DNA from: Spiroplasmataceae bacterium
GTDB taxonomy: Bacteria; Bacillota_I; Bacilli_A; Mycoplasmatales; JAYUTB01
Direction: 5' to 3'
NCBI GenBank assembly: GCA_043756005.1
Contig: JAYUTB010000001.1
Coordinates: 42,132 to 106,131 of the forward strand
DNA length: 64,000 nucleotides
A program made the position numbers and the translations under genes. Below, one piece after another: positions 1 to 11,570 of this stretch. The number at the start of each line of letters is the position of its first letter. The first letter of the stretch is position 1. The notes beneath the pieces were generated by a model. It did not search any database. It saw nothing but the letters and a program-made list of their open reading frames with translations, and was not told the origin of the DNA.

Positions 1-378
1 ACTGGTAATTAAATGTACTTTTTTTCATAAATGAAATTTATTCACTTGATCGGCCCCTAAAATTAAATAATAATCGTGTTGTTTACCGTATTTAGCAATT
101 ATTAAAAATAACGTTTGATAGGTATACATAGCTTTCTTCATGATTAATTCTGTATCATCAATGCAAAGATCATCATAAGATGCAATTGCCAACTTTAGCA
201 TGTTTAATCTATGAAAACTAGTGATTAAGGACTTTTTTTCAACACTTTTATAAGCCGGAACTAATAATATTTTGTTTAACATAAATGCTTGTTGCACTTG
301 ATTGCAAATACTAATATGTTGATTATGAACTGGATTAAAACATCCTGGTAAAATACCAATTTTTAATTTATTAATCAT
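1..378 (-). CDS. nadD: Nicotinate-nucleotide adenylyltransferase NadD (3' end runs off the left edge)
   Basis: Track ORF 25..378 begins MINKLKIGILPGCFNPVHNQH (nucleotidyltransferase HxGH-type motif). Its apparent stop at 25..27 is TGA and the frame stays open to base 1. The start ATG overlaps the nfo stop by 1 nt. Confidence 0.8.
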
Positions 379-1250
379 TAAGCTTTATAATACCAATTTT
401 TAATCAATTGTATTTCTTCAGCATATAAATTATGCTTAAAACAAGGTGTTTCTAGAATGATAGGAATTGATTGTAATTTAGGATGAGTAACTAAATTTAA
501 TAAACTGGATAATTTTATTTGACCAGTTGCTAGATTGTCATGTCGATCAAGTGGATTTGCTAATGCAAATTTAGAATTATTTAAGTGAATAACTTTTAAC
601 TTATCAAGTCCGATTAATTTATCAAATGTATCGATCATTTTTTCTAAATCGTTATCTAAATCTCAACCACTATCTCATAAATGGCAAGTATCTCAACAAA
701 CACCAATCGCTGCTTGATTATCGATTAAATCAAGAAGTTGTTTTAATTCTTGAAAAGAAGCACAAATTTGACTACCTTTGCCCGACATTGTTTCTAAAGC
801 GATAACAATTCCTTCATGATTGGTTAAAAGCTCGTTTAAAGCTTTTGCAACTTGGACAATTGCACCATGATGTAATGATTTATCAATACTACTGCCGGGA
901 TGTAAAATAATTGTTTTTATACCAATAAATTTGGCACGTTCCATTTGTTGGTCTAATAAACTAAACGACATGTTATAAATTTTTGGTCGCACTTGATTAG
1001 CTAAATTGATAAAATAAGAAGCGTGAATAAAACAATGATCAATGTTAAAATTATTTTCTATTAATGTTAAGTGAAATAAAGCAATATTTAAATCTGATAA
1101 CTTTGGTTTAATAAAAGATAATGGCGAACCATCAAAAAACATTAAAGCATTAGCTTGATAAGTTAAAGCTTCGGATAAAGCTCCAAGTAAATAATGAGGT
1201 GCTTTGAAGTTAACATTACTACCGATAATTAAATTGGATGTTACTTTAAT
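378..1250 (-). CDS. nfo: Endonuclease IV (AP endonuclease family 2)
   Basis: Track ORFs 378..638 and 693..1142 are in the same frame and joined only through TGA codons (join reads GVCWDTCHLWDSGWD). Motifs present: HASYFINLA, ILHPGS, ALETMSGKGSQ, DRHDNLATG. The conserved N-terminus LIIGSNVNFKAPHYLLG lies upstream of the first ATG, so ATT at 1250..1248 is taken as a provisional start. Confidence 0.8.
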
Positions 1251-1312
1251 ACTAAAAATTCTTTTCTTTTAATTAAATTTAAACAAAAATGTTTTCTTAA
1301 GCAAGAAAAATA

Positions 1313-2029
1313 TTATTTACGCTTTCATTTGTTTTTAATTGCTCACATGACTAAAGGAATTAATAAAATGATAAATATGATACAAAATGTAATTAAACAC
1401 CGCCGGTTAATTTTTTTTTCATATGTTCTAATATCTTCGGTTGACGGTAAATTTTCCGACTTAACTTGATTTTTGATATCACTAATTTTTTTACGATCAA
1501 AAAATAAAGTAATGATGTGAATTAAAAAGACCACAAATATAATACAACAAAGACTAATATAGTAGGTTTTTAAAGATGGGATTTTTGGAATTGTTAACTC
1601 AAAACCATTTCAAAAAGAATGTGGTCCTGCATTTTTATCAATCAACAACATTAATAAAGCTGATATTATGCCAATAATATACGCTGGGTATAAAAATCAA
1701 TTAAATATATACTTTTTGACATGTAAAAATAAAAAATATTTATTTAAAGAGTTTGGTATAAAATCATTTGTATTTTTATACAACTTATTTTCTTTAAAAA
1801 GAATAATTGATCATAAACTCGCTTGTCCGAAGATAAAAAACGAAACCGCAGTAAAAAAAATAAATGCGAATGTTGTTGAGCCTGTTATAGTTAACATAGA
1901 GGTAAAAGCTAAACATAACAATAAAAAAAACGTACATAAACTAAAAAAAGAAATTAAAGCTAACAAATTTCATTTAATTAATTGTTTTTTTATAAATTTT
2001 TCAATAAATAATTGATTATATTCAATCAT
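1313..2029 (-). CDS. Hypothetical polytopic membrane protein (238 aa)
   Basis: Frame checked triplet by triplet: ATG at 2029, TAA at 1315..1313, only TGA codons inside. It contains track ORF 1343..1534 and has several hydrophobic segments. No family recognised. Confidence 0.6.
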
Positions 2030-2076
2030 GTTTAAAATACAATTCTTTTTTTGTAACTTAATTATATAATATAATG

Positions 2077-3147
2077 CTATTGACTTCGATTAAATTTAAA
2101 TAAACAAACATCACCATCTTGAACAAGATAATTTTTACCTTCATGTTTAATTTTGCCTAATTCTTTTAACTTGATTCATGATTTATGTTCTATCAAATCA
2201 TCACAATGATAAACTTCGGCTTTTATAAATCCTTGTTCAAAATCAGTATGAATTATTCCGGCAACTTGTTGAGCGTTTCAACCATTATAAAAGGTTCAAG
2301 CTCTTGTTTCGGTAGGGCCAGCTGTAAAAAATGTTTTTAAGTTTAATTTTTCATAACATTTTTTAATAAGGGGTTGTAAATCGTTATGGTTTAAATTAAA
2401 AGTTTGGCAAAAACTTAATCTTTCAGTAGCAGGTAATAAACTTAATTCATGTTCTGTTTTAGCTGAAATTAACACAAAATGATGATTGTTATTTGTTAAA
2501 AAATTTATAGCTTGCGTAATATTATCGTCAATTGATGATTTATCAATTAAGTTTAAAACATAAATAACAGGTTTTAAAGTTAATAAATTTAAATGTTTAA
2601 CAAGCCCTAAACCTGATAAATCTTGATCAGCTAAATATTTTGAAGATTGCAAACAATCTTTAATTTTTAACAAAATGTTAATTTCGTCTGAACATTTTTC
2701 AATATTTTTTTTCATTTTTTGTAAACGATTTTCAACAATCGTTAAATCATTCATCATTAATTCATAATTAATTAACTCAATCATATCAATGATAGCAAAA
2801 GTTGCTTCGCCTGATAAAGGGAAACACCTTACCATATGAGTAATGACATCAACTTCACGAATATGAGATAAAAATAAATTACCTAAACCTTCACCCTGCG
2901 AAGCGCCTTTGATTAAACCAGCAATATCAACAAATTGAATTGTTGTTTTTGACACCTTTTTTGAATTTAAAATTTGACCAATATCAATTAATCGTTGATC
3001 ATCAATTTCTACTACTCCAATATTTGGTTCAATGGTTGTAAAAGGATAATTGGCAATATCTACTTGCAAGTTTGTTAAAACACTAAATAATGTTGATTTC
3101 CCGCTATTTGGTAATCCTACGATTCCGACTTTAAAGCTCATATGCAA
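2077..3147 (-). CDS. ychF: Ribosome-binding ATPase YchF (Obg-family GTPase)
   Basis: Track ORF 2296..3147 contains [19 protein letters not shown] (P-loop). The frame continues through TGA at 2296..2298 to TAG at 2079..2077, ending in the YchF-like tail [11 protein letters not shown]. Confidence 0.9.
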
Positions 3148-3227
3148 AAATTATACAATTATTTTTAAAAAAAATAAAATTTAATTAATTATTTTAAATT
3201 ATAAAAATAATATATAAAATTTAGTAA

Positions 3228-3989
3228 ATGGATCACATTATTGAATTCATCATATTAAACAAAAATAATTTTTTTTGAGGTATGTCGGGTTGTGGAATTA
3301 TATTAATAATAATCATTGGATTATTGATTTGTTGTTTTGATGATGCATCTAGAGTAAAAACAACATTAACATTTAATTTAATATTGACCGGTTTATTGAT
3401 TGGATTTATAACATCATATAATTTTTTTTTAAATTATTCTTTTAATAAATGAGTTGTTTTTTTTGGTTGATTTTTTAAAAGAATTTACATGATGAGTGTT
3501 CATCAATTCTTTATATCATTTATTGCATTCATGGTTGGCGGTAAATTAGCTTTTTTAGCAGCCATTGCTATAGATTTAATAAATACATTTTTTATTACAC
3601 CCGGCTCAGTAAAAGCATTTAATGCTATATGAGCTTTAATTATCGTTATTTATGCAGTTGGTCCTTATTATTTGTTTAGATTGTTAAAAAATACAATAAT
3701 ATTTAATGATAATACTAAAAAAGATGATTTTTATGCAATAAGTTTAAGTTTTTGTATTGTTACAATTTTTATAAATCTTTTATATCCTTGATTTGTAACT
3801 ATTCATAGAATTTGATTATACAAGCCTCCTTCAACAAAACACAATACATTAACTTTTATCTTTTTTATAGAGCCTTATTTAAAAAGATTACATTTGTTTA
3901 TTTCCTTACCGATTAGTTGCGTAATAATATGTGCATTATACAATAACGTTTGCTTAAATAATAATAGAATTGCTAGGTACAATGTTTAA
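3228..3989 (+). CDS. Hypothetical polytopic membrane protein, paralogue A (253 aa)
   Basis: Runs from ATG 3228 to TAA 3987..3989. Every codon was checked and only TGA interrupts the frame. Multiple hydrophobic helices. Clearly similar to the next ORF. Confidence 0.65.
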
Positions 3990-4683
3990 TGTTTTAAGAC
4001 AATTTCGTGATACATACTCAGCGCAAATCATTGCTATTACTAATGGTGGTTTTTTATTATTAATAATATTTATCGGAATAATAATTTTTATATTCGACTC
4101 GAGTAAAAAACATAAAAATTTATTTTATTTAGTAACTTCTGGAATGTTTATTGGAATTATGATAAGTATTGAAATTTTTATGAGAAATATTTTTGTTAAT
4201 AAGCAAATCATAACGTGATGAATAACTAATTGAACTCAAAGATGACATATTCATTATTGAATTTTATCTTTTTTATGTTTTATAGTTGGATTAAAATTAG
4301 CATTTATAAGTGCTATTGTGTTTCAAACAATTGGCAGCTTTATTTCGGGAGCTTGACATATCGGAAAATTAAACGTTTATTGAAGTTTTATGACGGTATG
4401 TTTGTCGATTGGACCGTATTGTTTTTTTAAATTAATGCATAAAAACAATAATCAAAAAAATATAAAGTTTTTTACACTTATTATTTCATATAATTTGTTG
4501 TTTAGTTTTTTTGCATTATTAGATCCTATTATTTTTTATTTAACAAATTTTTGACAAACTAAAGAACAATTACAATTAAATTTAGTTTTAAGATGTTATT
4601 TGTTGATTTTTATACCAATTAATAGTATGTTTTTATGAACAACTTACAATATTTTTGATAAAAAAGTAAGTTATCTTAAATAA
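3982..4683 (+). CDS. Hypothetical polytopic membrane protein, paralogue B (233 aa)
   Basis: Extends track ORF 3970..4218 through TGA codons to TAA 4681..4683. ATG 3982 overlaps the upstream stop (ATGTTTAA). Shares sequence blocks with paralogue A, for example KLAF(L/I)(A/S)AI and (V/I)GPY(Y/C)(L/F)F(R/K)L. Confidence 0.65.
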
Positions 4684-4720
4684 AAAACATCAATTTCGTC
4701 ATGAAATTATTATTAAAACA

Positions 4721-5209
4721 TTAACTAATATTTAAAAACTGATCAATATAATTTAAAAAATCAATCACTACCGGATATTGTAATTCTAATTGATAACCAT
4801 ATTTAACAAATTGCTCTCAATGGATGGGTTTTTGATTATTTTTTTGAAACAACTCGCTCAAACATAAACTTTCAATCATAAAAATTTTATCAACATTGGT
4901 GAATTGAATAATTAAAAAAGCATAACCACCATGTTGCCTTACTAACGACAATTGTTTTCACTGATGAGCTTGTATCGCATTAAATTTAAAAGTTAATTGT
5001 TTAGTTTGTTTTGCTTCTATTTCAATATATTTTTGACGATAAAGTCCATAATAATCAGTGGTTGATTTTTTCAAAAAACATCATTGATTATTTTGAAACA
5101 CCGCCATAGTTGTTTTTTGAAAAAATAAAGCACGTTCTTCAGTTAAAAACCAAGCAATTGATCTATTAATAATACATTCAATTAACGTGCCTTTATTTTT
5201 ATTAATCAT
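4721..5209 (-). CDS. recU: Holliday junction resolvase RecU
   Basis: A 162-aa ORF (ATG 5209, TAA 4723..4721, three internal TGA), not in the track because of the TGA codons. Has the RecU-like core DYYGLYRQKYIEIEAKQTKQLTFKFNAIQAHQW...GGYAFLIIQF. Confidence 0.8.
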
Positions 5210-5267
5210 TATATTTATGTTTATATATTTAAAATTGTGTTTTCCTTTAATATAAAATTAAACTCAT

Positions 5268-6251
5268 ATGCCTATTTTTACAATTTGCATTTTATTATTA
5301 ATCGTCATGCCTTTGACAGTTATTTTTGCAATATTAATGACAAAAAAAATGATTTTTTTAATCAATCATACTAAACTGTCGCAAGCGGTTGCGGGAGTAG
5401 TTATTTTATCAATTATTACTTCTTTGCCCGAAATTATAGCGGCTATTTGATCAATTTTTCAAAAAACACCACATACAACTGTAGCAAATATTTTAGGTTG
5501 TAATCAAATAACAATTATTACCCTTTCTGGAATGCATTTGATATTTTTTTGAAAGAAAAAACATGCTGAAAAAATTGATAAACAAAACCTAATGTTATTA
5601 ATTATGCTGATCGGCATTGATTGTTTATTGTTTTTATCTTTATTAATAAAAGATTTAAGAGCAAAAATACCAAAAACAGAAATTTGATGAGGTAACATTT
5701 TGATTGTTATATTTATTATTGTAAATTTTTCCGTCGCTATATACCATCAAAAACAAAATTCACAACAAAAGATAAATAGTGATTTTGTTGTTGAAACAAC
5801 AAATCAACCTGTAATTAAATATAAAGACAAACAAATTGCAACAATATTATTTATTTTGTATGCTTGTGCTTTAATTGCTATATCAAGTGGTTTATCATTT
5901 TTGATTGATAACTTTGATAAAAATAACATTTTTGGAAAAAAACATAAATTTGTTGGTGGATTATTATTAAGTATAGTTACTTCGACGCCAGAAATCGTTG
6001 CAGCATTCCACATTATAAAGGCTAAAATATTTAATGTAGCTGTAGGAACAATAACCGGCACAGCAGTTTTTAATTTAATATTAATTACAATTAATGATTT
6101 GAGTTCAAAACCGTGACATCATGACAACAATTTTGATGAATCAGAGAGTTGGTTTTTTTTAATACCTTTAATTACAATGTGTATAAATTTATTTTTTTTA
6201 TTACAAATTAACATTACCAATAAATTTATAAAATCAAGAGGGGCAGTATAA
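5268..6251 (+). CDS. Ca2+/cation antiporter (CaCA, YrbG-like) membrane protein
   Basis: Track ORFs 5268..5450 and 5700..6116 are in the same frame and joined through TGA. The two alpha-repeat signatures are ITSLPEIIAAI and VTSTPEIVAAF. Confidence 0.75.
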
Positions 6252-6273
6252 TGAATGTTATAATTATATTACA

Positions 6274-6570
6274 ATGAATTTTGATCTACAAACAACAAAT
6301 TTACTAACATTTTTAGAAACAGTTAAAAAGACTTATTGATTAGCTACATTAGAAATAATAGCGATGGTGTTAGCAATTATTTTTGTATTAATTTTTTTAC
6401 TAAAACCAAAACCAACAAAAGACGCGTTAGTTGACAATTTAACAAATAAAACGTTATTTTCAAAAGCCAAATCAAAAGGATTTGCAAAAATGTTATTGAT
6501 TTTAAAAATTATTTTAATAATCGTAATTTTAATATTGTTAATTGTATGTTTATGTATTAGAAATCGTTAA
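6274..6570 (+). CDS. Small two-TM membrane protein, possibly SecG-like
   Basis: ATG 6274 is in frame with track ORF 6364..6570 through one TGA. Two hydrophobic helices are separated by a basic loop. It sits immediately upstream of smpB. Confidence 0.4.
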
Positions 6571-6576
6571 AGTAAT

Positions 6577-7023
6577 ATGAAAATATTAGCTAAAAATAAA
6601 AAAGCGATGTTTAATTATGAGCTTTTTGAAAAATTTGAAGCGGGCATTAAGTTAACTGGAGCTGAAACTAAATCGGCCATTTCAGGTCAAATTAGTATTG
6701 AACAAGCTTATGTTATGATTGATCATCATTATGTTGTTTGATTAATAAATGCTCATATTGAAAAATATAAATTCGCTACTTACGATAAAATTGATCCAAA
6801 ACGAAGCCGGATTTTGTTATTACATAAACATCAAATAAAAAAAATTAATTTTTTAAAAAAAACTCAAAATTATACAATCATCCCGACAGCAATGTATCTC
6901 AACGATACCAAATTAATTAAAATAACAATTTATTTAGCACAAGGTAAAAAAGTACACGATAAAAGGAATGCTTTAAAAATCAGAGATGAACAAAAAAAAA
7001 TACAAACATTTAAAACTTGATAA
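6577..7023 (+). CDS. smpB: SsrA-binding protein SmpB
   Basis: ATG 6577 (MKILAKNKKAMFNYELFEKFEAGIKLTGAETKS) is in frame with track ORF 6814..7020. The terminal TGA is read as Trp, followed by TAA at 7021..7023. Confidence 0.9.
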
Positions 7024-7033
7024 AATCTAAGAT

Positions 7034-8929
7034 ATGAAACAATCATGTGATGTTATTGTTATTGGTGCGGGTCATGCTGGTATTGAAGCGGCATTAGCTA
7101 CAGCCCGATTAAACCATCACGTTTTTTTATTTACCATTAATCGTGAAAATATTGGGTTTATGCCGTGTAATCCATCAATTGGCGGCCCAGCCAAAGGGAT
7201 TGTAGTGCGAGAAATTGATGCTTTAGGGGGTGAAATGGGTAAGGCGGCCGATGCAACGTTATTACAAATTAAAGTTTTGAATAAATCAAAAGGGCCAGGC
7301 GTATGATCGTTACGTTCTCAAAATGATAAAATTGCATATGCTAAATATATGCAAAAGGTGATTGCTAATACACCAAACATTATTATTATTGAAAAAGAAG
7401 TAAAATCATTAATTATTAAAGATCAAATCATTATCGGGGTGATTGATCAATTTCAAATCCATTATTATGCCAAAATAGTTATATTAACTAGTGGTACCTA
7501 TTTATCGTCTTGTACTTTAAAAGGTAATGAAAGTAAGGCAGAAGGGCCGGCGGGTTTTAAAAATTCGCAAGGATTATCACAAGCTTTAACAGCTTTAGGT
7601 TTTCAATTAATTAGATTAAAAACGGGCACACCACCACGCATTAATAAATTTAGCATTAATTTTGATAACATGATCATTGAGCCAGGTGATCAAGTACCGC
7701 TCGCGTTTGCTTGACAAACTAAACTTACTAAAAAGTATGTGTTATTTGAAAAACAAATTAATTGTCACTTGATTTACACTAACGCTACCACTCATCAAAT
7801 TATTAAAGATAATTTACATTTATCACCAATTTATGGTCAAGGAAAATCATGTCTCATCGGGCCACGATATTGTCCAAGCATTGAAGATAAGGTTGTTAAA
7901 TTTGCCCATCATAATCGTCACCAAATCTTTTTAGAACCAGAATCATTATCATTAGACACGATCTATGTACAAGGATTTTCAACTTCAATGCCCGAAACAA
8001 TCCAACTAAAAATGTTGCAATCCTTGCCAGGTTTAGAAAAAGTTGAAGTTATGAAATATGGATATGCAATTGAATATGATGTCATCATTGCTAATCAGTT
8101 ATATCCAACTTTAGAAACTAAACTTATTAAAAACCTATACACAGCTGGGCAAATTAATGGTACGAGCGGCTATGAAGAAGCAGCTTGTCAAGGTTTAATG
8201 GCTGGTATCAATGCCCACTTAAACATTAGCAAATTACCACCCTTCATACTAAGAAGAGACGAAGCTTACATTGGGGTATTGATTGATGATCTCAATACTA
8301 AACAAATTTTAGAACCATATCGGTTATTAACTTCTCGCGCCGAATATCGCGTACTATTAAGAAACGATAACGCTGAAGCACGATTAATGAAATATGGCCA
8401 TCAAATTGGATTAATTAATGATCATCTTTGAAAAACATTTCAATCATATCAAACTACCCAACATGATATTATAGCAAACTGCAAAAAGATCATCTTCCAA
8501 GTCACAAATGAACCATTTCAAATTGCTTTAGCAAAAATTAGTACTCGCCTTACAAAACCAAGCAGCGTTTATCAACTATTAACGAGACCTAACATAACTA
8601 TTAATTTTTTAAAACCGTGGGTTAATGTGTTTCAATATTTGGACGTGCAAGATGAAGCAGCACTAGAAATTGAAATAAAATTTAAAGGTTATGTTAAAAA
8701 ACAGTTTCGTGAAGCACAAAAATTTTTAAAAACCGAAGCAAAACAAATTCCGCACCAATTAAATTATGATGAGGTAACTAATTTATCTTTAGAAGCGGTT
8801 GAAAAATTAAAAATTTTTCAACCGGCCACCATTGGTCAAGCAACACGGATTGCTGGTGTAAATCTTGCTGATGTACAAATGATTTTAGTATATTTAAAAA
8901 AAAAATATGCCAAAAAAAACAATCATTAA
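7034..8929 (+). CDS. mnmG: tRNA uridine-5-carboxymethylaminomethyl modification enzyme MnmG (GidA)
   Basis: Four track ORFs (7034, 7349, 7739, 8627) share one frame and are separated only by TGA. FAD motif [14 protein letters not shown] is present and the sequence is GidA-like throughout. Confidence 0.95.
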
Positions 8930-9888
8930 TTGGCTAATGTACCAATTAATGAAGCAAGATCCATTTGATATAAATCACAATAATTTTGTAAACCAATTAA
9001 TAAATTATTTAAAAAATGCTGATCAGCTTTGATTAAACTACTACTTAATAACACGCACGATGCCCCAACCAATAAAAATGCCACCACATCTTCTCAAGTA
9101 AAAATGCCACCACTACCAATAATTGGTAAATTTGTCACTTGGCGTGCTTGATAAACATATTTTAAAGCAATTGGTTTAATGGCGCTGCCTGAATAACCAA
9201 CAATCATATTTTTAAAAACTGAACAATTTTTATAAATATCAATACAAAGGCTTGGTATAGCATTAATCAGCGTAATTGCGGCAGCACCAGCTTTTTCAGC
9301 CGCCTTGACCATCTTTAAAAAACCACAACATTGATCTTTTTCGCCATTACAAAATGGATTCAATTTAACAATTAACGGTTTTTTAACAACTAAATGTTGT
9401 GCAACTTGGTTTAATAATCTTGATAAAGTGGTTGGGGTATAGTTTTTTGATGCAACATTAGGACACGACACATTCAATTCAATTGCTTTGACAAATGTAA
9501 GTGTACTTACAGCTTGACAAAGCTTGACAAATGATTTAATATCGGGCGCTCAAACACTCACAATTAAAAATTGTTCGGGGTATTTGTTTTGCATAATTGG
9601 TACAATCTCGTTTGCAAAAGCTTGTAAACCCAAACTTTTTAATCCAACGGAATTAAAAAAACTATTAGCAACATTAGCATCTTTTAAGTGAGGCATTGGA
9701 TTACCAAAGACCATATCATAAGTTAAACTTTTTCAAACTATGCCGCCTAATAAATTAATATCTCAACTGGTGTTTTTTTTAAAATCAAATCACGGTTCCG
9801 TAGCTTCAAAACAACCTGTAAATCCAAGTAACGGATTTTTTAAATTTAACCCTAAAAAATTAATAGCTAATGATTTTTTTGGAAACAT
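8926..9888 (-). CDS. Class 1 dihydroorotate dehydrogenase-family flavoprotein (PyrD/PreA-like)
   Basis: A 320-aa ORF (ATG 9888, TAA 8928..8926) containing track ORF 9094..9477. Motifs: LKNPLLGFTGCF, NSVGLKS, ELNVSCPNV, IIGSGGI. Its stop overlaps the convergent mnmG stop. Confidence 0.75.
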
Positions 9889-9911
9889 ATATTATTTAAA
9901 TAATATCAAAA

Positions 9912-10472
9912 TTAATGTCGAATAATTTTATAATTATTTACACAATCAATAATGATTGATGGTTTATGTTGATTTAATGCTCCGTCAACAATCACATCAA
10001 TATCTAATAACTGGTTTTGAATGTCGCAAGCATTGTTTAAAGGAGGTTGCTGGTTCAAGTTGCAACTGGTACCTCAAATTGGTCCGATGGCATTAATTAA
10101 ACTCTTTAATCATTGATAATTAGTAATTCTGATACCTACCGTAGTGTGTAAATTATATTGCAATCATTGTAATTGACAATTAGGATTGACCGGCACAATT
10201 AACGTAATCTGTCCGGACTGATATTCATGCATTTTTTGGATGGTAGTGATTGTAAAAATACCATATATTTTAGCCATCGCTAAACTATTAACAATTATAA
10301 TTAAAGGTTTACTTCTTTGTTTTATGTTTAAAATACGTTGATAAGCAGTAACACTATTTAATCTACAACTCAACGCGTAAATTGTATCAGTTGGTACAAC
10401 AAAAACTCCATCTGGAGATGTATTTAATGTAGCTATAATTTGAGCAGTTTGATTTAAAACAAATAACTTCAT
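9912..10472 (-). CDS. tsaC: L-threonylcarbamoyladenylate synthase (TsaC/YwlC, Sua5 domain)
   Basis: The true start is MKLFVLNQ at 10472; the track ORF 10164..10556 is extended upstream by antisense tRNA sequence. Motif VVPTDTIYAL is present. The frame continues through TGA to TAA at 9914..9912. Confidence 0.8.
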
Positions 10473-10477
10473 AAAAA

Positions 10478-10554
10478 TGGTGGGGCTAAGTGGGATTGAA
10501 CCACCGATCTCACGCTTATCAAGCGTGCGCTCTAACCAACTGAGCCATAGCCCC
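10478..10554 (-). tRNA. tRNA-Ile (anticodon GAT)
   Basis: The reverse complement reads GGGGCTATGGCTCAGTTGGTTAGAGCGCACGCTTGATAAGCGTGAGATCGGTGGTTCAATCCCACTTAGCCCCACCA. It folds as a cloverleaf with encoded CCA. Confidence 0.9.
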
Positions 10555-10563
10555 AATAATATA

Positions 10564-10977
10564 TTATCTTTTTGAAAATTGGGGAGCTTTTCGAGCTTTT
10601 TTCAAACCACATTTCCGTCGTTCTTTTTCTCGATTATCTCTGGTTAACAAGTTTTTTTGTCTTAGGATCGGTCGGTAATCAACTGATACTAATAACAAAG
10701 CTTTAGCGATTGCTAAACGAGCTGCACCGGCTTGCCCTGAAAAACCACCATTTTTAACTTTTAAATTAATATCATAATTTTCAAGATTATCGGTTAGCAT
10801 TAAAGGTTGAATTACATTTTGCACTAAAGTTTGATATGGAAAAAATGTAGTAATTGGTTTTTTATTTACTAAAATAATGCCTTGCCCAGGACTCATCGAT
10901 AACTGGGCCGTAGCGGTTTTTCTTCGACCACTACTTTGATATAATTGCTTGTTATTGAGATTTTTGACAATAGACAT
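10564..10977 (-). CDS. rpsI: 30S ribosomal protein S9
   Basis: MSIVKNLNNKQLYQSSGRRKTATAQL...KKARKAPQFSKR. ATG 10977 was chosen because the track start at 11034 lies inside rplM. Confidence 0.9.
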   Translation of the reverse strand: MSIVKNLNNKQLYQSSGRRKTATAQLSMSPGQGIILVNKKPITTFFPYQTLVQNVIQPLMLTDNLENYDINLKVKNGGFSGQAGAARLAIAKALLLVSVDYRPILRQKNLLTRDNREKERRKCGLKKARKAPQFSKR

Positions 10978-10978
10978 A

Positions 10979-11422
10979 TTATGATGATTGCGATTTGTAA
11001 AGAATTGGTTGTTGGGCATGATGAGGATGATCATTGCCTTTATAAATAGACATTTTTACAATTAACTTATCAGCCAATTTATTTTTCGGCAACATACCTT
11101 TTACAGCCTTTAATAACATTCTTTCAGGATTATTTTGAAACATGGTTTTAGCTTGCACAAATTTTAACCCACCAGTATAACCAGTATGATGATAATATCT
11201 TTTAGTTGCTAACTTATTACCTGTTAAAATTATTTTATCAACATTAGTAACAATTAAAAAATCACCACAATCAAGTGAAGCTAGAAAATTTATTTTATTT
11301 TTTCCCCTCAATATATCAACAATTGTGGTAGCTAATCTACCTAGCACCCAATCTGTTGCATCAATAATATATCATTTTGGAGAATATAATGTTTTATTAT
11401 AGTTTAATGTTGTGACTCGCAT
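10979..11422 (-). CDS. rplM: 50S ribosomal protein L13
   Basis: ATG 11422 (MRVTTLNYNKTLYSPKWYIIDATDWVLGRLAT) is joined to track ORF 10979..11347 through a TGA at the conserved Trp. Confidence 0.9.
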
Positions 11423-11570
11423 ATTAGTTTATTATATCAATTAAATTATTTTAAAATTTAATAAATTTAAAATAACGTGGTAGTGTTCTTTTTAACTGCC
11501 CCAAAGATAACTTTAGATAAAAAAAACACTACTAAATTTAATATTAGCATAGTTTTTTAAAAAACGGCAA

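Noticed and set aside
1668-2015. 115-aa plus-strand track ORF.
   Set aside because: It lies antisense to a fully open minus-strand membrane-protein frame (1313..2029). Its composition is low-complexity and Lys/Asn-rich, typical of antisense AT-rich sequence.
10473-10556. N-terminal extension of the tsaC track ORF (MGLWLSWLERTLDKREIGGSIPLSPTIF...).
   Set aside because: This segment is the antisense strand of tRNA-Ile (10478..10554). The real start is MKLFVLNQ at 10472.
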